The notes under the pieces were generated by a model. It ran no database searches. It was not told where the DNA came from and was given only the letters and a program-made list of their open reading frames with translations. This document shows positions 1-9,100 of a stretch of 39,434 nt of DNA, piece by piece. The position numbers and the translations under genes were made by a program. This stretch comes from a virus (taxonomy: Duplodnaviria > Caudoviricetes), in IMG/VR virus record IMGVR_UViG_3300027874_000022, positions 1 to 39,434 of that record; one strand, 5' to 3'. Each line of letters begins with the position of its first letter. Position 1 is the first letter of the stretch.

Positions 1-450
1 GGTGGTCTCTGCTGGTGCTCCAGCTGGGGCCTGATCACCCAATTCCATCTCGCCCTGCTTGGACTTGCGCCTGTGCTTCTGCCCACCTTCTTCGGCCGAG
101 AACAGTCCCTCCGGGGCGATCTTGTTGAAGTCGCTGACTTCCTCAAGATAATATCGCAGGTCTTCCCAGGCCACTCGGCCCTTCATCGGATCGGTCAGGG
201 CCATCTTATAAATCCGCGCCATGATGGTTACCATGGGCACGTTGACCCCCTGATCGCTCGCCCGCTTGGCTGCGGCACTCAAGAGCTGGTTGGCTTGGCC
301 GTTCCTGCTCTTGGTGGCGAGCAGCTCTTTCATGTAGCTGCGCACGGCAGCCGGTGGGGCCAGCTGACGGATATGCTCACCCTCCGGTACCTTCCTCGGC
401 TTCTTGCTTGATTTCCTGGTGGAACTCGCCTTCTTCGCCGCTTTGGCCAT
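1..450 (-). CDS. Divergent GapR/DUF2312-like nucleoid-associated DNA-binding protein with basic N-terminal tail (runs off the left edge; not in the ORF track)
   Basis: Hand translation from ATG at 450 (GGAG RBS upstream): MAKAAKKASSTRKSSKKPRKVPEGEHIRQLAPPAAVRSYMKELLATKSRNGQANQLLSAAAKRASDQGVNVPMVTIMARIYKMALTDPMKGRVAWEDLRYYLEEV..., open to base 1. The spacing VRSYMKEL...AKRASDQGVNV...RIYKM..D....DLRYYL parallels the GapR pattern. Confidence 0.55.
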   Translation of the reverse strand, partial: MAKAAKKASSTRKSSKKPRKVPEGEHIRQLAPPAAVRSYMKELLATKSRNGQANQLLSAAAKRASDQGVNVPMVTIMARIYKMALTDPMKGRVAWEDLRYYLEEVSDFNKIAPEGLFSAEEGGQKHRRKSKQGEMELGDQAPAGAPAETT

Positions 451-592
451 GATTCGCTCCTGTAGGTGGATGGAGCGAGCTAGATACCACATCTTGGGGC
501 CGGTAGCGAACAATAGGGAAATTTTCCACCGCTTTGCTCTTGCGAATCTCCAAAATTTGCGCTAGCGAAAATGGCACTGGTGAGTCTCACCC
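451..592. promoter_or_regulatory. Divergent promoter region with a candidate rightward sigma70-type promoter
   Basis: AT-richer gap between divergent genes. cTTGCG (~539-545) followed by GCTAGC (~561-566) resembles alphaproteobacterial housekeeping promoters; near-palindrome GGAAATTTTCC at ~517-527. Confidence 0.5.
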
Positions 593-811
593 ATGATCGC
601 ATACCAGAGCTTTCAGCCGCCTACCGATGAGTGGGCGAAGATGGTTTGCAAGGTCGGCCAGGGAGCGGAGTGTTGTCGGTATCTCACAGCGACCCCTGGG
701 GGCTGGTCATGCGCCAAGCATACGCCTCTCGCTCGCTTGCTTGATCGCAAGGTAGCGGCTGACAAGATGAGCGCACGAGGAGACAACTGTCTAGGTCGGG
801 GATCACGATGA
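593..811 (+). CDS. Small Cys-rich hypothetical phage protein
   Basis: 72 aa with C-x7-CC...C...C pattern; ATGA overlap with the next gene. Confidence 0.7.
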   Translation: MIAYQSFQPPTDEWAKMVCKVGQGAECCRYLTATPGGWSCAKHTPLARLLDRKVAADKMSARGDNCLGRGSR

Positions 812-1800
812 CGGCGACGACACTGGTTAAATCGTTTGCAAGGCTCGATGTCAAAGAATGGGACGGCCGACGCATCTCGATGCCGGGAATTTACAGCGAT
901 ATTCCTTTAGAAGATTATCACGGCGATATCTGCATTGAGCCATCGATCTCATCAACCGGACTGCGCAAACTCTACAGCCCATTTCCAAATGTGAAGGCAT
1001 CTCCAGCGCATTACTGGATGACTAGCCGATACAATCCAGAGCGCATCGAGGAGGACGAGACAGACGCAATTATCCTCGGGCGAGCTGCACATCATCTATT
1101 GTTTGGTGAAAAGAAATTTGATGAAGTGTTCGTCAGAAGACCAGCAACAGTCAATGGTGAAATCTGCAATCGCGTCACTCGCTCGGGCAAGGCGTGGCAT
1201 TTGAAACAAGAGAGACTCGGGCTCACCGTTATCAAGCCTGACCAGCTGGCAGCAATCAACGGCATCTATCGTGAGCTGAAAAAGGAGCCACTAATCTGGG
1301 ACCCGGAACGGAAACGCGAGGGACTTCTCAACGGCCTGATCGAGCATTCGATGTTTTGCAAACACCGCTGCGGCGTATGGCTCAAAATCAGACCAGATGC
1401 GATCCCTAACGACTCGATGGACTATGTTGATTTCAAAACAACCAGCTCGATCATGTGGCCAGACTTGCAGAATTCGATCAAGAAACTTGGTTATTTCATG
1501 CAAGCCGGGCTAACGGCGATGGTTGTCCATGCAGTCTTAGGTGAATGGATAAATTCGTACACCTTGGTATTTGCGGAAACGGCAGAGCCGCATTGCGTCG
1601 AGATCGTCACGCTCAAGGAAAATGACATCAAACGCGGGATCGACGCCTGCGAGATCGCGATATCGAAATTCATGAAATGCTGGGACGCCAAGCACTGGCC
1701 TGGACCGCGCGGCGATTGCCGTGATGCTAGGTACATCGAGATGACCCAATGGGATCAGAAGCAGATCGACGAGACACTGCAGCTAGATCGGAAGGGATGA
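808..1800 (+). CDS. recE: RecE/exonuclease VIII-like PD-(D/E)XK nuclease (DUF3799-like)
   Basis: GIY.DIP.EDYH, ISSTGL, SPAHY, GRAAH, E.SMF, KIRPD, DFKT, GYFMQA and terminal WPG motifs; sits upstream of a RecT-like gene. Confidence 0.85.
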   Translation: MTATTLVKSFARLDVKEWDGRRISMPGIYSDIPLEDYHGDICIEPSISSTGLRKLYSPFPNVKASPAHYWMTSRYNPERIEEDETDAIILGRAAHHLLFGEKKFDEVFVRRPATVNGEICNRVTRSGKAWHLKQERLGLTVIKPDQLAAINGIYRELKKEPLIWDPERKREGLLNGLIEHSMFCKHRCGVWLKIRPDAIPNDSMDYVDFKTTSSIMWPDLQNSIKKLGYFMQAGLTAMVVHAVLGEWINSYTLVFAETAEPHCVEIVTLKENDIKRGIDACEIAISKFMKCWDAKHWPGPRGDCRDARYIEMTQWDQKQIDETLQLDRKG

Positions 1801-1803
1801 GTT

Positions 1804-1910
1804 TGGTGAGGACGAAAAGGCATGGCAGGCGCGACGTGGTCCGATGGGGTCTGGCCCGACCTGTTAAGTTTCGGCTAGGCACGTTTTGGCCGGTTTATTC
1901 GTCCTCACCA
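1804..1910 (+). repeat. 13-bp inverted repeat enclosing an array of G-D-Y-N-N pentamers (candidate structured RNA/ssDNA element)
   Basis: TGGTGAGGACGAA (1804-1816) and TTCGTCCTCACCA (1898-1910) are exact reverse complements; G at every fifth base from 1828 to 1893 (14 times). Confidence 0.85.
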
Positions 1911-1931
1911 TATTTTTGAAGGGAGAGAAGC

Positions 1932-3008
1932 ATGACCGACATGACTATTGAACCCCCACTGTCCCAACAGCTCACCCGCATCGATGAGCCGATGGAGCGC
2001 AAGCGCGTCGGCGACATGGTTGTAACGAAGTGGGCTGGCCTCACCTTCAACGAGTATCGAGAGGCAATCGAATTCAGCAAGTTGATGGCGCAGGCCCGCA
2101 ATAGCGTACCCGCCTATCTCAAGCAGAATCCGGGCGACTGTCTCGCAATAGTGACGCAAGCACTGCGCTGGCATCTCGAACCGTATTGGGTCGCGCAACA
2201 TTCATACGTGGCTAGAGCGGAGAGTCTGATCGCCTATGACTCAGCAGTTCACACCGCGATCCTGCTCAGCTCGGGAATACTCACTGGTAGACCACTCTAC
2301 TCGTTCAACGGCGAAGGCGAAGAGCGGACTTGCACGGTGCAATGTCAGATCGGGCAACAGGTTCTCGACTACATCACACCTCCGCTGCGGCAATGTCGTC
2401 CGCCAAAGAACGAACAAGGCGTGGTCAAGGGATCACCACTGTGGACGAAAGACCCGGACCAGCAGCTTGGCTACTACGCCATCAGGAACTGGGGCCGCCG
2501 CCATACCCCGGAGCTGCTCGGTGGCGTCTATGACCGCGATGAATTCAACGAGACAACCCAGGACGTTGTCGAGGCCCCGACGAGCCCCAACCTGATCGAC
2601 CGGTTACCGGCCAGGATGGAGACCACGAAGGGGTTCCAGGAGAACGTGGTTGACGAGACGCTCAAGGGCAAGCCAGCGCTAGCCCCAGAGAAGGCCGCCG
2701 GTGAGGGGAAGGCGGAGGGTGAGGCCGATGTAGCGGCCAAGTCCGAAGCGCCAGCTACGCCCAACGCCAAGGGCAACGGTGAGCCATCCAAACCGGCACC
2801 CAAGACCCCAGCGACGGCTGACGAGTACATGACCTATGCCGCCCGATGGATCGAGCGGCTCGACGACGAAGAGGAGCTGAAAGCCCGCTGGGACGGCGAA
2901 AAGGAGCTGCGAGTTGGCCTGGGATTGCCGCTCGCCGTCCGCAAGCGCCTGGAGGGCATGCTGCATGCCCAGATCGCTACGGTGCAGCAAGGGAGGAAGC
3001 GGAAATGA
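1932..3008 (+). CDS. recT: RecT-family single-strand annealing protein with a low-complexity linker and helical C-terminal domain
   Basis: NPGDCLAIVTQA.RW..EPY.VAQ.SY, LWTKDPDQQLGY.A.RNW.RRH.PE.L.GVY..DE motifs; GGGAGAG RBS; follows the RecE-like gene. Confidence 0.8.
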   Translation: MTDMTIEPPLSQQLTRIDEPMERKRVGDMVVTKWAGLTFNEYREAIEFSKLMAQARNSVPAYLKQNPGDCLAIVTQALRWHLEPYWVAQHSYVARAESLIAYDSAVHTAILLSSGILTGRPLYSFNGEGEERTCTVQCQIGQQVLDYITPPLRQCRPPKNEQGVVKGSPLWTKDPDQQLGYYAIRNWGRRHTPELLGGVYDRDEFNETTQDVVEAPTSPNLIDRLPARMETTKGFQENVVDETLKGKPALAPEKAAGEGKAEGEADVAAKSEAPATPNAKGNGEPSKPAPKTPATADEYMTYAARWIERLDDEEELKARWDGEKELRVGLGLPLAVRKRLEGMLHAQIATVQQGRKRK

Positions 3009-3427
3009 TCGACAACGTTCACCAGATGCCCAAGAGGGCTGCGCTGACAGTTGAGGATGCCAAGCTCGTACAGCGTTACGAAGAACACCTGAAAGCCCTG
3101 CGCAGGCACCGCAAATTTTTAGAGAACAAGAAAGTTCACGCTACGCATATCCAGCTGCTATCCAGACTATCTGATAAGGAAGTGCCGGTGGAAAGACCAG
3201 GAGGCTATGGTGCTGATGGTCTTCATTACCGTTATGCGGAGAACGAAGGCTGGGAAGTCTACCATGCAATTGCTCATGGCAAGCTGAACATTGAGGTGTA
3301 TGCCCAAAACGGTATGGTGCCAACTCTCGGCCATCGCGTCATGGATGGTATCCGCGCCGCCGTAGCCGATGAGATCGAGGCCACAGAAAAGAAGATCGTC
3401 GATCTCGGCTTCGCGATCCCGAAATGA
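3005..3427 (+). CDS. Hypothetical protein
   Basis: Start placed at ATG 3005 (GGAGG RBS, ATGA overlap with recT); ATGA overlap with the next gene. Confidence 0.65.
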   Translation: MIDNVHQMPKRAALTVEDAKLVQRYEEHLKALRRHRKFLENKKVHATHIQLLSRLSDKEVPVERPGGYGADGLHYRYAENEGWEVYHAIAHGKLNIEVYAQNGMVPTLGHRVMDGIRAAVADEIEATEKKIVDLGFAIPK

Positions 3428-3777
3428 CCCCCGAAGTCCCACTTCGGCTCGACTATCTCGACGACATGCTGGTGCGTCGGATCAGCACCATGGTGTTCCT
3501 GGCCAAGGAGTTTCCCAAGTCGCCCGGCTACTACCGGGACGCTGGCCTCGCCCTGCTGATGCTGCGGGAAGGCAAGTCTGGCGTGCTCTGGGCCAGGATC
3601 ATCCGCACCTACTGCAAGCTCGGCCCCAGGCGGGCCTATCAGCTGATGGAGCTGGCGGCGGGCAAGAGCTTGGAAGCGCTCCGGCGAAGGACTTCCGCCG
3701 CCGTCAAGAACCACCGCAAAAACAAGTGGTTAACCACAAAAGCACCCCGCCGAAAGCGGCCCAAAAGGGGGGTCTAA
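3424..3777 (+). CDS. DUF3102-like putative DNA-binding protein
   Basis: AGLALLMLRE...W...IRTYCKLGPRRAYQLMELA resembles the DUF3102 helical pattern; basic C-terminus. Confidence 0.5.
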   Translation: MTPEVPLRLDYLDDMLVRRISTMVFLAKEFPKSPGYYRDAGLALLMLREGKSGVLWARIIRTYCKLGPRRAYQLMELAAGKSLEALRRRTSAAVKNHRKNKWLTTKAPRRKRPKRGV

Positions 3778-3796
3778 GCATGACCTTGTGCATTAC

Positions 3797-3994
3797 ATGC
3801 CCATGAAGCCCCAGCAGACCACAGTGATGATCGTGCAGCAGACCGCGCGCCTCTGGCGGATCATGCTGCGCTACGAGGACGGCGAGGTGTGGGTGAGTAC
3901 GAAGGTATACGCCAGCGAGGACGAGGCAGGAAAAGCAGCCCTCGAATGGGCACTTGAAAATGCAGTACCGGATCAACCGGATCACATCCAGTGA
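3797..3994 (+). CDS. Hypothetical protein
   Basis: Fills an operon gap; start codon uncertain (3788, 3797 or 3803). Confidence 0.55.
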   Translation: MPMKPQQTTVMIVQQTARLWRIMLRYEDGEVWVSTKVYASEDEAGKAALEWALENAVPDQPDHIQ

Positions 3995-4006
3995 GGGAGT
4001 AAACAA

Positions 4007-4297
4007 ATGGCCCGCGTTCCAAAATATTGTTATCGAGTTCTCACTACCAAACGTCTCGGCACTCAACAGACTTTAGAAAGTCACAACTTCGAGACACTGC
4101 CTGGAGCAATCGCTTTCAGAGAGATCGCGCTAGGCAAGGAGCGGACCGTACGTGTCGAGGTGGTGATGGTATTGGACGAATCGACTCCATCGCATCGAAC
4201 CGAAGGCATCATCGAGAGGAGCAACCATGAAACTGCGTCCCGCCCTCAATATCGCCAAAGGCCCAGCTGGCGTCTGGCTGATCGACCTCGCAACTGA
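4007..4297 (+). CDS. Hypothetical protein
   Basis: GAGGGAG RBS before the ATG; operon context. Confidence 0.6.
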   Translation: MARVPKYCYRVLTTKRLGTQQTLESHNFETLPGAIAFREIALGKERTVRVEVVMVLDESTPSHRTEGIIERSNHETASRPQYRQRPSWRLADRPRN

Positions 4298-4424
4298 CAA
4301 AGACCGCTTCGTCATCTCCATCGCGAGCTGTGACGGCAAACGTTACAGTCATCTCGTGATGCAATCGCTCGCTGCTCACATTTCCGAAAGCCTTCCGGCG
4401 ATCATCGAGGTTCCAGATGAATAA
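4227..4424 (+). CDS. Hypothetical protein
   Basis: GAGGAG RBS; overlaps both neighbours. Confidence 0.6.
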   Translation: MKLRPALNIAKGPAGVWLIDLATDKDRFVISIASCDGKRYSHLVMQSLAAHISESLPAIIEVPDE

Positions 4425-4611
4425 AGACACTGACGACATCAAGCTCACGCTGGCGCTGATCCTGTCCAATCAGGCGCTCATTCTCGCAGCGCTCGGCCAA
4501 GCGAGCAACTTGAAACAATTCAATCTTGCTGGCGATGTCGCGCTAGATCATGCCCGGAAGATCGAACAGGAGATCAGGCGCAAGCACGATATCGAGCGGC
4601 GAGTGCAATGA
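4417..4611 (+). CDS. Hypothetical protein
   Basis: GAGG RBS; coupled to neighbours. Confidence 0.55.
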   Translation: MNKDTDDIKLTLALILSNQALILAALGQASNLKQFNLAGDVALDHARKIEQEIRRKHDIERRVQ

Positions 4612-4799
4612 CAATCGAACGGATAGCCAAGTGTTTGGCAACGGGCTGCTTTACCGCTGCCGCGCTGAGCGCAATTATGGCCATGTGGTCATGGAGCACG
4701 GGCCACCAGCTCCTAGTCATCATCCACCTCAGCCTGACGGCTATCAACATCGTCGTTGGCGACATGAATCTCAAAATCGCTCAGGACCTACGGAGATGA
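4608..4799 (+). CDS. Small membrane protein with two predicted TM segments
   Basis: Two hydrophobic stretches; ATGA overlaps on both sides. Confidence 0.55.
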   Translation: MTIERIAKCLATGCFTAAALSAIMAMWSWSTGHQLLVIIHLSLTAINIVVGDMNLKIAQDLRR

Positions 4800-5164
4800 A
4801 GCGCAAGCACATCCCGTTGATCGAGATCGCCGCCTCGGCCCTGGCCGACAAGCTGACATCGGTAGAACGTGCCGAGCTTGTCGCCACCAAGGCACCCGCG
4901 GCCGCGGTGCTGCGAATGTTCACACCCGATCATATTGCGCTCCATTGCTGGGGCGGATCAGACAAATGGTGGAACCTCGACATGCGCCGACGAGGACCGG
5001 AGCTGAAAGCCAAGGACCGGGCCGACACCTCGCGCGCGGCGAAGTCTGTACGCATCGAGGGTGATTGGAAAAAGTTCGTTCATTATCTACACACCGGCAA
5101 GAAGCCACCCAAGCGCAAATCACGCTGGCCATCGCGGCCATTTCCGAAAAGGCTGAAAACATGA
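4796..5164 (+). CDS. Degenerate HNH endonuclease-like protein
   Basis: DHIALHCWGGSDKWWNL motif followed by K.KD..D..RAAKS.RI and a basic tail ending SRPFPKR; start at ATG 4796 (GGAG RBS, ATGA overlap). Confidence 0.6.
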   Translation: MKRKHIPLIEIAASALADKLTSVERAELVATKAPAAAVLRMFTPDHIALHCWGGSDKWWNLDMRRRGPELKAKDRADTSRAAKSVRIEGDWKKFVHYLHTGKKPPKRKSRWPSRPFPKRLKT

Positions 5165-5706
5165 CACTCGACCGATACGTATGGGATGAAACCGGACATC
5201 GGCACTCACACTGTCATGGTGTCCCAGCAACGGTTTGGTTTGATAACGTAAAATTGGCGATAACCCTGCTCAGTAAACCGGAGTGGCGAGCACAGAACGG
5301 TATCATCCGTGTCTTCGACATCAGCAACGAATGCGACGATCCAGACTGCATGCGGCTCAATAGACGGGTGAAGCCGGAACGACGATGCCTCGCTCAGTAT
5401 TTTCTCACCAGAGACATTGCGCCAGTCAGGCCAGCCAACGAGACCGAGATCAACATCAGACAATGCGAAGGACACCCGTTCAAGCAAGGCAGCTATCTCT
5501 GTCGTCAATGCGCTGTCATCGGCGTCACCAAGCGTCTGATCCAGGAGGCTAAAGATTATGGGACAATTCACAAACGCGGAGAAGGCCAAGGAAGCACAAC
5601 GGGAAACTCAGAAACGCAAGGAAGTCTACGCCCGGCAGGGGATGGTGACCGGCATCCACAAAATGCGGATCGCCATGATGCAGGAGATCGCCGACGAATA
5701 CGCTGA
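5161..5706 (+). CDS. Hypothetical Cys/His-containing protein
   Basis: ATG 5161 overlaps the previous stop; CDDPDC and CEGH...CRQC motifs; the 3' end overlaps the next ORF. Confidence 0.45.
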   Translation: MTLDRYVWDETGHRHSHCHGVPATVWFDNVKLAITLLSKPEWRAQNGIIRVFDISNECDDPDCMRLNRRVKPERRCLAQYFLTRDIAPVRPANETEINIRQCEGHPFKQGSYLCRQCAVIGVTKRLIQEAKDYGTIHKRGEGQGSTTGNSETQGSLRPAGDGDRHPQNADRHDAGDRRRIR

Positions 5707-5734
5707 GCTGGCAGCAAAGGAGCGACTGGTATGA
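5558..5734 (+). CDS. Small helical phage protein (58 aa; not in the ORF track)
   Basis: CAGGAGG RBS; MGQFTNAEKAKEAQRETQKRKEVYARQGMVTGIHKMRIAMMQEIADEYAELAAKERLV; ATGA overlap with the next ORF. Confidence 0.65.
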   Translation: MGQFTNAEKAKEAQRETQKRKEVYARQGMVTGIHKMRIAMMQEIADEYAELAAKERLV

Positions 5735-5937
5735 CCGACAAAGTTCTCAGGTTCTCAGGCTTCCGGCCAATCAAATCAGAAGTGTCAGAGTTCTACACGG
5801 GCAATCTGCTCTACGTGTTCCGGCAGCTCGACCAAATCCAACAGCGCCCCCATGCCAAAACCGTCCAGGACCTTTGGCCTGACGAGCAGACAGAGAAGAG
5901 CCCTGACGGTGATAGCGGCAACGGGCCAGCCGCTTAA
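5731..5937 (+). CDS. Hypothetical protein
   Basis: AAGGAG RBS and ATGA coupling. Confidence 0.5.
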   Translation: MTDKVLRFSGFRPIKSEVSEFYTGNLLYVFRQLDQIQQRPHAKTVQDLWPDEQTEKSPDGDSGNGPAA

Positions 5938-6070
5938 GAGCATCGAACACGGCGTGTATCGCAGCCTGCGCATCAAGGGATTAATCACCCACGCCAGAAA
6001 CGGATACGCGCTGACCGAGATGGGAGAGGACATGGTCAAAGTATTGAGTGGATGGCGCGCCGCCAAATGA
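5852..6070 (+). CDS. Small winged-helix-like protein
   Basis: LTSRQRRAL...SLRIKGLI....GYALTEMG matches a wHTH wing pattern. Confidence 0.5.
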   Translation: MPKPSRTFGLTSRQRRALTVIAATGQPLKSIEHGVYRSLRIKGLITHARNGYALTEMGEDMVKVLSGWRAAK

Positions 6071-6173
6071 ACGTCCCTGAAGGAGAGGAAGCGATAGACG
6101 TTCATTGACGACGCGCCGCGAGCAATCTGGGTCGGTGAATGCTGCTTTCCCCGCACCATCATGCTCGTATCTG

Positions 6174-9100
6174 CTATGTCCCTCCCAACCATTCCGTGTC
6201 AGGCTTGCCAAACTGCTCCGCCGTCCAGCCCGACATGCTGCGGAAGAACGTGGCGATCTCCGCCTTGTGCTGTATCCAGCCGTCGCGGAAGGTGTGAGCG
6301 CTCGACCAACTCTTGTGGCGCTCGAAGTGGCCGCCATCCGGCGTCATCGGGACGCCGCAGCCGATGACCTTCTTGTAACCCTCACGCCGCGCGACCTCGC
6401 ATGCAAACAAACCGGAGGAGCCGCGCCACTCCATAGAGGCGGTGTCATGAGTGACGCAGGCGTGCTTGCGGTGTGCCCATATCTGCAACGGCTCCGGTAG
6501 TCCAGCCTTGCGGCGCGCGCCCAGCCAATTGTCCTGGCCGTTGAGCTTGTCGGGATGCAGCGTGCACGCAACCCCCAGCTCGGGGAACGACTTGATCTGA
6601 TCGTTGACATAAAAAAATCGAGCCCGCCGCCCGGCGATGATCTTCCTGGCTTCCTCCAAATCCTGTTGCCAACACTCGGCGCCGCCGATCACGATGGCGA
6701 CTTCCTCGCCGCCATCCTTGCGTGCTTCGACGGTGGCGGATTCGATCTTGTTGTACCTGTCGCCGATGACCTTGCCGTGGCCCTCGATGTTGCGCAGCAC
6801 CGGATCGTCAGATTTGCCCGGCTCGTATGACCGCACATCATTGAAACCAGAGAAATACAAAACATCGCGCATGAGCTGCGCGTTCCAGATCATCTGGTGT
6901 CCGTGCGCAAAGATGATCGCGTGCATGGCTCCGCGCTTGGTCGGCCCGACGTTCTGCCATTTCAGGGTGAAATTGTAGTAGTCGCTCTCGCTGCACTTCG
7001 CGATCTGCTCCAGGCTCGGCACCGTGACCCGCAGCACGCCGCCGGGGACCAACACACGGTGCGCCTCCTTGAAGAAGTCGATGGCCTGCTTGTGGGTGAC
7101 GTGCTCGACAACGTGCTCGGCGAAAACGTAATTCACACTGCTGTCGTCCCATGGTAGGCGCTTGGTGATGTCCACGTCGGCATCGTGGTTGTCCCAACCC
7201 GAAAGTTTGTTGTTGCCGCACCCCAAATTTTTTCGTACTAAGGGTAAGGCGCGGCATGTTTCGGCACGGTAAGGTCTGTCTTGATTAGGCACGATCCGGC
7301 TGGGCTGGGCAGGTTTGGTCAGGTCCCCGGCGCTTACAGTCGCCGCTACAGTTTGAAGCACGTCAGTTCGTGCCGGGGCCTGGGCCAACGCCATCTCGGT
7401 GAATTTGCGGTAGACGCCTTGCTGCGCAGAATCATGTTGATGCGTGATCCAATCCGCGTTTATTTTCTCGATGTTCTGCACGCTGATCTGATTCTTGTCA
7501 GCTCGTAACGCTTTCCACGGCATGATCCGGAATTGCTTTGCGTTCAGGTCCTGCTTCAAGATCGCCATGTTGATGTAGCGCTCTGGCGTTGGAGCGACCC
7601 GGCGGTTAGGCCAATCGTAACGCTTGATGAAATCACTGCGCGCGATGTAGTCGGTGTTGAAGAACATCAGCCCGGTTTCGATCCATTGTGTCTCTACTTC
7701 GACGTTGCGCATGCCGCGCACATGCGTGCTGGCGCAATCGATGCCCTCAGCCTTCATCTGCTGTACGATTGGTCCGACAGGTAGACGCAATAGTGAATCA
7801 CCCTCGATGTGAGCGACGTATTCGTAATTAAGCTGGCAGGCGATCTCCAAGCCTTTGCAGAACGCGCGGCCCCAACCGTCGCGACCTTGCGTGACATTCC
7901 GGCGACTAAGGTGGCCGATGTTGTCGGGGAAGTCGAAGCGCATTTTGTGATGTCGAGTTTTACCGTCATAGAGCGTCCAGTCCTTGAATTTCTTGATCGG
8001 TGATTGTGAATCCACCACCAGGAAATCGCAGTCCTGATCATTCAGCGTGACGTGCAGCTTCTCCCAAAGATCAGTGAGATTGTCGCGATCCGGCGAGTCC
8101 ACATAGAAGGTGCCGAAGAGCAGCGTATTCCGCTGCATCCGGTCGCCCACGAACTCCTTGATCTTGGCCAGCGCCGCCGGGACATCGATGCGCTTGTCGC
8201 AGCGGTGGCTGTTGCTGTGACAGTCGCACGGCGTGATCGGGTCGATGGGACAAGTTGGCGCGAGATGAGCACCCACACGCTGTGTTGTGCGGTAGCTTTC
8301 CCGGCCGCCATAGACACAGATCACTGCCGTGCCGACTGCCTGCGCCAGAACCGGCGCAAAGCCAGCGTTGCAGAAGACGAGGTCCGCCTCGGCAAATAGT
8401 GCCGCCATCTCCGGGAACGCCAGCTCACCCTTATGTAGCTTGATGTCCGCTTCCTGCTGCGGCCCTTCGATCCATTCCCGGCCCTGAGCTAGATCGGCAA
8501 GGCTGATCACGAAGTATTTGTCACGGATCGAGCGGAACAGCTCGTCATAGGTCTTCGGGTCTGGATTGCGCGAGCGGCCGTCCCATTCGTTGCGCACCAC
8601 GATGGGCCGGTGCACCAACAATGGTTTTCCATTGGGATTCCATTGTTTGATTGCGCCCCTGATCTTGTCTCGCCACTCCGGCTTGATCGGCAGGCTGAAA
8701 TCCGGCCGCTCCGGCATCTTGAGGCCGACGCAGGAGAACATCGCTTCAAGGATCGAACCGTGCTGATCGACCAGCACTTTCGGATAGCCGATGTTGTGCT
8801 GAATTGCGTTCTCCGGCACCAGCGGAAAGTTGGCAGCCTGGAACCGCTCATGCTCACGCTGCATCGTCTTGGCCTGGGCGTGCAGGCTGGTCGGCCGCAT
8901 CACCAGCTTGAGCCCGCGCTCGATCAGGTCGTGATAAAGCTCGAAGTGACAGGTGTGCAGCCAGACATCATAGGTCTTGAGTAGCTCGCGCATCACCGCG
9001 CGCTGATGGATGTTATCGCCGATGCCGAAGTGACCGCGCACCGAGAGTGCTTGTCGGCCGGTTGCCGGTGCTGGTGGCGGTGGCTCGGCCGCGGCGCTCC

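Noticed and set aside
73-411. Plus-strand 112-aa ORF from the track
   Set aside because: Shadow of the minus-strand GapR-like ORF, which has an RBS and a recognisable pattern.
1801-1820. TGGTGAGGACGAAA resembles part of a hammerhead ribozyme core
   Set aside because: No CUGANGA box and no stem II/III arrangement; the segment is fully explained as one arm of the 13-bp inverted repeat.
4608-4799. Two-TM protein as a holin
   Set aside because: Lies in the early operon with no endolysin or spanin nearby; no lysis cassette is recognisable in this window.
5785-6192. Minus-strand 135-aa ORF continuing the late operon
   Set aside because: Overlaps plausible plus-strand genes, has no clear RBS and no motifs; cannot be supported.
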